The translations under genes were made by a program, and so were the position numbers. The notes under the pieces were generated by a model. It did no database searches. It was not told the DNA's origin and saw nothing but the letters and a program-made list of their open reading frames with translations. From NCBI GenBank assembly GCA_964537195.1, contig CAZHYZ010000001.1:93100-157099 (forward strand): 64,000 nt of DNA, in the 5' to 3' direction. Within the stretch, counting starts at the first letter, position 1. Every line of letters begins with the position of its first letter. Shown piece after piece: positions 8,241 to 16,156 of this stretch. The stretch comes from an uncultured Methanosarcinales archaeon. GTDB taxonomy: Archaea; Nanobdellota; Nanobdellia; Woesearchaeales; GW2011-AR15.

Positions 8241-11200
8241 ATAAAAGAGGTCTTACTTTAGAATTAGTTGTAAAAGCTGCAATCTTAGTAATTGTACTTT
8301 TTGTAATGGGGAATTTCATTAGGACAACTTTTTTAGCAGGGGAAGAAGCAAGACATGTAATATTACCAGATTATGGAGAATTTGAACCTTATGAGTATGA
8401 ACCTGTTGGTGATGACGCCACAGTTTCAGATTCTGTTAATGCATTGATTTGTGCTATAAATGCTGTTGCAAAGATTGACAACATAGATGACAAATATTTT
8501 TTGCAATATGAGGGTTATGAAACTTTCTTTGAGGAAAAAGACTGGAGGAAAGGAACTTGTGAAGGCGGTGTTGTAGTTGAGGAAATTGAGAAGGAGGAAG
8601 AACCCACAGGAACACTATGTAGAGCTAACTATGGAAATTGTGTTGCTTCATTAAGTAATGAGAAAGCACATTTTGAAGAAGCAGATTATGATGAGAACAA
8701 TAATGAGAATGTTGAAGAGTTATGTCCAGAAGAAAAACCTTTCTGTGAAATCCAATGTCCTTTTGAGTGGGGTAGTGGATGTAATGATGTTGGAGAAAAG
8801 AAATGTAGATTAGCAACTGCTCGATATTGTATGTCTTCTGGTTATTGGTGTCAGACAAATTGTAAAGAAGAGCTTTATAGGGGTGCTTGTTCAGAAGATA
8901 ATGGAGATATCTTTTGTGGATATTCAAATTATGTTGAATTCGAAATTGAGGAAGAAATTCAGAAACAAGTTGAGCAAGAAGAAACCACACTTAGCTGTAC
9001 AGATGGAATTCTATATGGTTCTAACTGTGTTCAATGTTTTGCTGAAGGAGCTACAAACTTCAAATGTACTGTTTCAGATTTCTATCTGCCTCAGACAGGT
9101 GCAGGAGACAGAGGCACTTTGGACAGGTGGATAGCAGGACTGGGAGATCCTGAATATATAGTTTATTACGAGAAATTTCCACAGGGAGAAGACATATATT
9201 GGACAGCAGATTTTGCATCATTCGGCCCAGCAGTATTGGTGCTTAGTGGGATATCAGCTTTTGTATTTCCATTAAGTGATGAGATTAAGGCAGCCACAAA
9301 AGTAGATGATTTTGGAGATGCCCTTAAAATTGCAAAGACACAGGTCCCATTCTATCGTGTAGTTACAGGTGGATCATCCTTGGTTTCGTCTATCGGAAAC
9401 GTAAGAAAATGGTTCAGTAAAGACACTTATGAAGGACTTGTCAAGAAAAAAGGTTTGAGACATATACTGATTACAAATCAAGATTATTTGCTTGATCCTA
9501 AAACCGCAGATGAGAAGATGGAAGTAATTTCTAAATACATTTCAGGAGGAACTTATAAAGCAGGAGCAAGTAGTACAGATATGATTGATGAATTAGCACC
9601 CTTATTCACTAAAGATCTTGATTCTATTTATTATACTGGAAGTGATGAAGCAGTTGCAGAACTAACTAAAATGATTGACGAAATTAAGCCAAAGCATGCT
9701 TCTTTTCTTAGATATCCTGAAGATGTCAGGAATGCTTTATATAGGGAAGCTTTAGCCAGGGAATTAACTCAAGAATTTGTTGATGAGGATGTAGGTAGAA
9801 TATTAAGTATTTCCAGTGGTGAAGTAATAGAGGAAATGGCTCAAAGACAAGCCACAAGACAAGGCATGAAAGCAATTGTGGGAAATATGTTTGATAGTTC
9901 AGGAGATTTTAGTGACAGAGCATTTAAAAATTTCCTTAAAGAACATGGCAAAAGTGCAGAAGGACTTGAATGGATAATAGATAATCAACAATTATCTGGG
10001 ACACAGACAAAGAAATTATTAACACATTTAAACGATGTAACCGGAGACATCCCATTAGACAGGCAAGTACTCTTTAATAGAAAAATTATGTCTGGACAAA
10101 TAGATGAAATCACACAAAGCATCGATGCTGGCGGAAACATAATTGAAAGTACTGCTTCAACAATGTCTTCAATTTATGGTGGGGCAAAGAATGTTCCTGT
10201 GTTTGGAAAGATTGTAGGGCTGCCTGAATTTGCTGCCAAATTAGGATTAGCTCCAGTCTCAACCCCAAGCAGACGTTTCTTTACTTGGGCAGCACTGTCC
10301 TATTATGGCACATTACACGATAGTGTAAATCAGAAATTTTATCCTTCTGGGAAAGATTCACTGGTCCTTACAACACCCAGTTTGATTGGAGTAAAGCACG
10401 AATTTAATCTTCAAAATGCAGAAAATTATGCTATTGCACTTAGAGAAGATGGTGACACACCAATAAGATTCCACATGGCTAGTCCTTGTAAAGCAGATTT
10501 AGAATTGTATCCTGCAACGGTTATTGCAAAATCAGATGAGACCTCGATAACAAGATACGATCTATATGACTTTGGATATGGATTTACCCCTGTTGAAAAA
10601 GGTTCTATACAATATGATGAGGTTGCTTTTGAATTTTCACAGAAGGAATATCCACAAGGGGATTCTTTAATTAGGGATGCAGATGAAGCAATGGAAGAAG
10701 AGAATTATAAAGAAGCACTAATAAAATATCTTGAATATCTTGAAAAATATCCAGATAGTAAAAAGTTTGATTCTGTGTTTAATAAGGTTGATTCAATCTT
10801 AACAACAGGAGAAATATTGACTACGTTTGATAAAGAAGAGTTAAGGGAAATTGCTTTTACAGACAGGTTAGATGTTGATACACGGGCCAGAATTAATAGT
10901 TATGCAATTAGAATGAAAGATTCCGTAGATGAAGGGTGTGGTAGTTATGAAGGATATAAAGAAAAAATTGAATGGTGTGAAGGACTTATTAATGGAGAAT
11001 ATTATGCATTTAGAGACTCGGTTTTCATTCAGGATAGTGGAGCGGTTTATGATCCTCTTTATGATTGGACTTACTTTGATTATTCTTATTATGGTTATTT
11101 GAAAAAACAGAGGTTTGAAGATATAAGTACAAAGTATATGTTGTCTTTATTGTATGTTGATTCTAGAACACACTTTGATGTTAGGACAGGAGAGTCTGCT

Positions 11201-12028
11201 TGGTTAATCGACGCCGATTATGATAATTTGGATTTTGATATTGGACTTCTAGAACTTTATAAATGGATTGGAGAAAGATTTAACTTTGGTTATGCAGATA
11301 GAGTGGTTTTTGGAGAAGCCGGTCAAGATCCTTGGATTTCTCCATTTATGTTTGACATAGGAGATTTCCCAGTTCCAAAACATTTACTCTACAAGCAAGA
11401 TGTTTACTTAGATAAGAAGATTTCTTGGCTACCAGATCCTGACACATATGAGGATGAAGTTGTTAGATATAATAGACAGCTCTTAAGAGATAGTTCATTT
11501 ACAGGAGAAAGTTATGGTGATTTGTTAAAAAAGAAAGTCTTGTATGAAACCAAGGCTTCAATCTTAGAAAATGTTCCTGGACAGAGCATTACAGAACAAG
11601 AGGTTGAAAACTGGGTTAGTATATCTAAGGAGATTCAAAATTCTTATGATGAAAAAATAACAAAAGAAAATGCAGTTAAACTTATTGGATTTGATGAAAC
11701 AGTATATCCAGAAGAGTCCTTTTTTGAGAGTGACTGGCACAAGTTTAGATCTATTACTATAGAAGCAGATATTGATGAATCTCTTGATTCAAATTACTGT
11801 TATCATGGACATCATCCAACAAGAGCAACAATAAGGACATTAGTTGTTGGAGCAAGCCTGTTTGCAGATGAAATTGGCGGAACACTTGCAGGAGGTGCTT
11901 GCGCATCTACGGCAGTTTTAGCTCCCTTTTCTGGGTTGTGTGCAAGAGGAGGAATGTTTGTAACAGACATCATTTTTGCTTTGGGAGAGAACTTTATTAA
12001 CAAACTAGACAAGTGGCCAAGACGTTAA
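8237..12028 (+). CDS. Giant (1263 aa) class III-signal surface protein of unknown function with Cys-rich and TPR-like segments
   Basis: MNKRGLTLELVVKAAILVIVLFVMG N-terminus. Cys-rich block at ~8600-9100. Hydrophobic C-terminal segment. Confidence 0.6.
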   Translation: MNKRGLTLELVVKAAILVIVLFVMGNFIRTTFLAGEEARHVILPDYGEFEPYEYEPVGDDATVSDSVNALICAINAVAKIDNIDDKYFLQYEGYETFFEEKDWRKGTCEGGVVVEEIEKEEEPTGTLCRANYGNCVASLSNEKAHFEEADYDENNNENVEELCPEEKPFCEIQCPFEWGSGCNDVGEKKCRLATARYCMSSGYWCQTNCKEELYRGACSEDNGDIFCGYSNYVEFEIEEEIQKQVEQEETTLSCTDGILYGSNCVQCFAEGATNFKCTVSDFYLPQTGAGDRGTLDRWIAGLGDPEYIVYYEKFPQGEDIYWTADFASFGPAVLVLSGISAFVFPLSDEIKAATKVDDFGDALKIAKTQVPFYRVVTGGSSLVSSIGNVRKWFSKDTYEGLVKKKGLRHILITNQDYLLDPKTADEKMEVISKYISGGTYKAGASSTDMIDELAPLFTKDLDSIYYTGSDEAVAELTKMIDEIKPKHASFLRYPEDVRNALYREALARELTQEFVDEDVGRILSISSGEVIEEMAQRQATRQGMKAIVGNMFDSSGDFSDRAFKNFLKEHGKSAEGLEWIIDNQQLSGTQTKKLLTHLNDVTGDIPLDRQVLFNRKIMSGQIDEITQSIDAGGNIIESTASTMSSIYGGAKNVPVFGKIVGLPEFAAKLGLAPVSTPSRRFFTWAALSYYGTLHDSVNQKFYPSGKDSLVLTTPSLIGVKHEFNLQNAENYAIALREDGDTPIRFHMASPCKADLELYPATVIAKSDETSITRYDLYDFGYGFTPVEKGSIQYDEVAFEFSQKEYPQGDSLIRDADEAMEEENYKEALIKYLEYLEKYPDSKKFDSVFNKVDSILTTGEILTTFDKEELREIAFTDRLDVDTRARINSYAIRMKDSVDEGCGSYEGYKEKIEWCEGLINGEYYAFRDSVFIQDSGAVYDPLYDWTYFDYSYYGYLKKQRFEDISTKYMLSLLYVDSRTHFDVRTGESAWLIDADYDNLDFDIGLLELYKWIGERFNFGYADRVVFGEAGQDPWISPFMFDIGDFPVPKHLLYKQDVYLDKKISWLPDPDTYEDEVVRYNRQLLRDSSFTGESYGDLLKKKVLYETKASILENVPGQSITEQEVENWVSISKEIQNSYDEKITKENAVKLIGFDETVYPEESFFESDWHKFRSITIEADIDESLDSNYCYHGHHPTRATIRTLVVGASLFADEIGGTLAGGACASTAVLAPFSGLCARGGMFVTDIIFALGENFINKLDKWPRR

Positions 12029-12678
12029 TATAATCTTATAATGATTGCATCATCTACTTCTTCTGCTAAAACTTCAGATTCAGAAATATCTCCAACAATA
12101 ATCCCGCCTTTTGATTCCATGTAATTATTACTAAAACGAGATTTATCATCATTTATTTTTGTATAATATATGCCATTAGAAATCTCCTCAAAATCAAATT
12201 CTTTATAGTTCTCATAATCAGCTCCCCAAAATATATTTGTCTTTTTCATTTGTTGTTTCCAGTCTTTATCAACAAAAATAAATGCAACTGGGTTGTCATC
12301 AATTATTCTTTCAATAATAAAACCTTCAATTACATTGTTATTAGGATTAAGCTCAGATGTGAATCTGATAAGAACATTTTCATCATCATCAACATATTCA
12401 TCCTTGAAATACACTCCTTTGTAGATTCCGTCGTGTCCAAAAGCAGTTCTGATTTGAGGTTGGTTTATCTGTTGACCTATATAATCTAAATAACTAGTAC
12501 CTTTTGTGGCTTCTTCTATATCAACTTCTTTTATATTTCCATTTGAGATTATCCAATCTCTTGGATCATCAGAATATTCATCCTTACTCGGAAAGAATTT
12601 GTATACAATAAAAGATCCAAGAGTAAAGACTACAATTGCAACAAGAAGTAATACCTTCTTTTGTTCACCTGATTTCAT
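12025..12678 (-). CDS. Membrane-anchored hypothetical protein. Start preferred at internal Met 12678 (MKSGEQKKVLLLVAIVVF); the ORF track extends it to 12792.
   Basis: The N-terminal TM follows the internal Met. The longer version would overlap the divergent 12750 gene and promoter. Confidence 0.4.
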   Translation of the reverse strand: MKSGEQKKVLLLVAIVVFTLGSFIVYKFFPSKDEYSDDPRDWIISNGNIKEVDIEEATKGTSYLDYIGQQINQPQIRTAFGHDGIYKGVYFKDEYVDDDENVLIRFTSELNPNNNVIEGFIIERIIDDNPVAFIFVDKDWKQQMKKTNIFWGADYENYKEFDFEEISNGIYYTKINDDKSRFSNNYMESKGGIIVGDISESEVLAEEVDDAIIIRLY

Positions 12679-12749
12679 ACATTTTTTTAGCCAGACCGAG
12701 TTTATATAATTTTCTTTTGGAAAAATATTTATATCTGTGTTCGTAGGAT

Positions 12750-13055
12750 ATGTATATGAATAAAAAAGGACTTGAGATATCACCACCTTCATTAGTAGTT
12801 GTCATTATACTTCTTTTGTTTGTTTTAGTCGTATTAGTATTTATATTTGGAGGACAGAGTGGAGAATTCTTAAAAATAATAAACAAATGGAGAGGAGACA
12901 TAACTTCTGAAGATAAATGTGAAAGTTCTATACTTGGCAGATATTGTGGGGAACCTCCTTGCGGGGAAGGATTAAGACCAAGAAAATTGCCACCCCCACC
13001 AAGTGGAGATTGGATAGATTGTACAGAAGGCTGTTATGAATGTATTCCAGAGTAA
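12750..13055 (+). CDS. Small pilin-like protein with a Cys-rich C-terminal knot
   Basis: MNKKGLEISPPSLVVVIILLLFVLVVLVFIFG, then CESSILGRYCGEPPCGEG...CTEGCYEC. Confidence 0.45.
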   Translation: MYMNKKGLEISPPSLVVVIILLLFVLVVLVFIFGGQSGEFLKIINKWRGDITSEDKCESSILGRYCGEPPCGEGLRPRKLPPPPSGDWIDCTEGCYECIPE

Positions 13056-13075
13056 GATAATTAGTTTCTATTTGT

Positions 13076-13366
13076 TTATTCAGAATTACCGATCTCAGGT
13101 ATTATTCTTTTACAACAAATGCCACCATCTTCACATTCAGCGCCAGGAACTCTGGCATAATCTTCTATGCATTTGTTGGAATCCTTAGAATCTCTAAAAG
13201 CATCATCACACTCTCCACCAACAGTCTCACAACTATTGGCTTGAGTAACAAACAAACCGGACTGCCTGCCAACAATAAACACCAGAATTATCAGGACCAT
13301 CAGAGCAATAACTGCTATCACAATTGTGTTTATTGAAATAGATTGAGCTTTTTTCATCTTATACAC
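13076..13366 (-). CDS. Small pilin-like protein with a Cys-rich tail (paralog of 13359..13634)
   Basis: MYKMKKAQSISINTIVIAVIALMVLIILVFIVG ... CETVGGECDD... Confidence 0.5.
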   Translation of the reverse strand: MYKMKKAQSISINTIVIAVIALMVLIILVFIVGRQSGLFVTQANSCETVGGECDDAFRDSKDSNKCIEDYARVPGAECEDGGICCKRIIPEIGNSE

Positions 13367-13634
13367 TTATACAACACACTTTGTCTGGATCTTCTTCGCC
13401 ATTAGTGTAACATGGGTGGTTGGTAACTTTCTGATAATCTCCATCACATGCATCTCCTTTATTAACAGCATCTCTGTCTTCACAACTACCGCCGACAGAA
13501 TGACAATTGTCTGTCTGTTGTCTCCAATTACCTAAGTTTTGTGTGGTGATTAAAAGAATTAAAATCAAGACTACAAGAGCAATAGCTGCAACAACTATTG
13601 TGTTTATTGAAATTGCTTGTGATTTCTTTCTCAT
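13359..13634 (-). CDS. Small pilin-like protein with a Cys-rich tail (tandem paralog)
   Basis: MRKKSQAISINTIVVAAIALVVLILILLIT ... CHSVGGSCED... Confidence 0.5.
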   Translation of the reverse strand: MRKKSQAISINTIVVAAIALVVLILILLITTQNLGNWRQQTDNCHSVGGSCEDRDAVNKGDACDGDYQKVTNHPCYTNGEEDPDKVCCISV

Positions 13635-13673
13635 GAGGAAAATTATTGATATTAAGATATATAAAAGTTTTGG

Positions 13674-14144
13674 TTATTTACAGATATCTAATCTAATCTC
13701 TAAAGTATTTAAGTATCTGAAACTTGGAGGATATTTCTCAGCAGCATCATCGCAGACAGAATTTTCAGGGATATCGGGTATTAATTTTTGACCTGTTTTT
13801 CTATTCTTTACACTGAATTTATATGGTTTTTTCCATTCTCCTAAAGTGATCTTTAAAGCATTAGAAATAGTCTGTCTCGCATATTCACAACAATCAGCAT
13901 TTGCACCACAGGCATCATTTCTTCCTTGAGCACAATCCAATAAAATATCAGAAACCTCTGAGTTAATCTCTGTCTTTGTATCCAGAATAACATTAAGAAA
14001 ACTCTGAGCTAATTCAGGATTAACATATTCTGAAGAGAGAGATTCTTCTTTATTAGTCCTTACAACAATCATAAAAAAACCAGCAATAACTAGGATTAAT
14101 ACAATAAAAACAATTCCAACAATCTCTGTTTGTGCTCTTTTCAT
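13674..14144 (-). CDS. Type IV pilin-like protein
   Basis: MKRAQTEIVGIVFIVLILVIAGFFMIV. Confidence 0.5.
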   Translation of the reverse strand: MKRAQTEIVGIVFIVLILVIAGFFMIVVRTNKEESLSSEYVNPELAQSFLNVILDTKTEINSEVSDILLDCAQGRNDACGANADCCEYARQTISNALKITLGEWKKPYKFSVKNRKTGQKLIPDIPENSVCDDAAEKYPPSFRYLNTLEIRLDICK

Positions 14145-14674
14145 CTATAAACACCCAGTTTTAAAACACCAAAATAATTTGAGTTTTTAATAGGGTCTCT
14201 TAATAAAACAGGATAATGAACATACATTATTCCATTATTTTCTGATGGAGGATTATCATAGATATTCCATTCCTCAATCCATTTATTTTCATCAGGGCTT
14301 GGATCAAATCTTTTTACAGTTATATTTAAATTTCCAAGAGCATTATGATAATACCTATCATCTTGAGTTTTTTCTTGCTCTAATCTATCCTTGAATGCAA
14401 TCATCTTTAATATGTCATAGCAATCTGGATCAATATCATTACTATCAGAACATTGCAACTCTGGTATGAAATTGAGAACTTGAGATTTCTTTACTATTTC
14501 CAGCCCCCTAAGTTGTTCAATTTTTTCTTTTCTATCTTGTTCCTGAATTGCCATAACAAAAATAAAAGCTAATATTAGAATAATAAATATAGTAATAAGT
14601 ACAAAGGAGTTCTCCATCATTTGTAACTGAGCTTTTTTTGACATTTTAATATATAGTTGGACAAGCCTTTTCAT
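14141..14674 (-). CDS. Type IV pilin-like protein (start probably MSKKAQ at ~14644)
   Basis: MSKKAQLQMMENSFVLITIFIILILAFIFVMA. Confidence 0.45.
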   Translation of the reverse strand: MKRLVQLYIKMSKKAQLQMMENSFVLITIFIILILAFIFVMAIQEQDRKEKIEQLRGLEIVKKSQVLNFIPELQCSDSNDIDPDCYDILKMIAFKDRLEQEKTQDDRYYHNALGNLNITVKRFDPSPDENKWIEEWNIYDNPPSENNGIMYVHYPVLLRDPIKNSNYFGVLKLGVYR

Positions 14675-15677
14675 TTAATCTTTCATTGATTACATTTAAT
14701 TCGGTGCTTGCATCAGCAATATTATTTATCTTCTCTTTTGTTATGTCCCCTCTTACTGAGGTATATTCTTCCAAATCGTTCAATAGAGAAAAGGCCTGAT
14801 TATAATATTGCAAATCACACAAAGAAGGCAGATTTGAATTTCTGATTATATTCACTCTTTTTTTTAGTACGTCTGTTAATCTGTTTAGTCTTTTGAAAGC
14901 CTTTTCATCGAGATTGCATTCATAAGTTCCACTATTTTCAGAATATACTGCTGCAATTAATGTTGCTGTATCTAAGTAATATGTCCTATCCTTTTCTACA
15001 AACATATTGCCTTGTTTTTCATAAAAAATTATCTCACCATCTTCTATAAGAATTGCAGTAACATCTTCATCGTTTGCTCTTATTACTGATGTGTGTAATG
15101 TAAATAAGCTAGGATCTTTTGAATTTGAAATAAATCTGATTTTGTAGTAATTTTCATTCCTGAAATTAAATTCTTCATTAATACTAATTAGAAATTTTGT
15201 TAGATCGTCTGGCATTTCCTCATAAAGATGTTCGTTCTCATAATCTTCTCCAACAAAGACATAAGAAACTTCCGGACTTGTCATGTATAAAAAATTATTT
15301 ACTTTAAATGGAACATTCCAAGACAAACCATAACTTAATATCTTTGTTTTAATTGTATGCGGACTAAACAAAGGAAGAAACTCCGTAGATCTGCCTTCTA
15401 AGTCAGACCCAGAGAACGTGTAAAAAAAACAATTGTCTCTTGTAGTACTGACTTCCAATTCTAATCCAGATAGTTCAATGGGGCTCTGAGTTCTTTCACT
15501 ACTTTGTAATCCAGTAAGAATCTCATCCAATATATTTATGGAATCAATCTCCAACTGTTTTTGAGAACTTTGTCTTATTCCAGAGATAATATTAACAAAA
15601 AACAGTAGAATAACTACTCCAATAACACCAATATAAATCCAGTTAAACTGTACTTCTACAACGGCTTTTTTGTTCAT
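14646..15677 (-). CDS. Type IV pilin-like protein (343 aa)
   Basis: MNKKAVVEVQFNWIYIGVIGVVILLFFV. Confidence 0.5.
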   Translation of the reverse strand: MNKKAVVEVQFNWIYIGVIGVVILLFFVNIISGIRQSSQKQLEIDSINILDEILTGLQSSERTQSPIELSGLELEVSTTRDNCFFYTFSGSDLEGRSTEFLPLFSPHTIKTKILSYGLSWNVPFKVNNFLYMTSPEVSYVFVGEDYENEHLYEEMPDDLTKFLISINEEFNFRNENYYKIRFISNSKDPSLFTLHTSVIRANDEDVTAILIEDGEIIFYEKQGNMFVEKDRTYYLDTATLIAAVYSENSGTYECNLDEKAFKRLNRLTDVLKKRVNIIRNSNLPSLCDLQYYNQAFSLLNDLEEYTSVRGDITKEKINNIADASTELNVINERLNEKACPTIY

Positions 15678-16156
15678 CTTAATAGAGCAGAATTACCCTT
15701 TCCTATTAATGTAACAGTTAATAATCCTTCGTTCTCTAAGCAAAGATAATCAGATTCTACATTCAAATTATCTACATAAAAAGAGTCCTCGATTATGTTG
15801 TTTTTTAATAAGAAAACATTCTTTGGGACATTATCTTTTATACTGTCTTCTATAAATAAATTATCAATATCAGCATCCAAATCAAAGACTTCTTCATCCG
15901 TCATGGAATCAACAAAACATATTGTGTCGAATCTATCGGGAAGCCGGAACTCATATTTTTCTACAGATTCATATTGTCTAGATATTTTAGACACGATTCT
16001 ATCAAAATCATCTTTTAAATTATCTAGTGGGATTTGGTTGCCTGCCTTAAGTATGGTAGAAACTGCCTTGTAGCCTACAGCAAGTATTATGACTACAATT
16101 ACAGCAGCCATTATATATACAAAAACTTGAGATGATATTTGTGCCTTTGATTTCAT
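15674..16156 (-). CDS. Type IV pilin-like protein
   Basis: MKSKAQISSQVFVYIMAAVIVVIILAVG. Confidence 0.5.
   Translation of the reverse strand: MKSKAQISSQVFVYIMAAVIVVIILAVGYKAVSTILKAGNQIPLDNLKDDFDRIVSKISRQYESVEKYEFRLPDRFDTICFVDSMTDEEVFDLDADIDNLFIEDSIKDNVPKNVFLLKNNIIEDSFYVDNLNVESDYLCLENEGLLTVTLIGKGNSALLR

Noticed and set aside
12665-12901. 78-aa minus-strand ORF and the long 12792 start of the 12025 gene
   Set aside because: These would overlap the divergent promoter and the 12750 (+) pilin-like gene. The internal Met at 12678 immediately precedes the TM helix and fits better.
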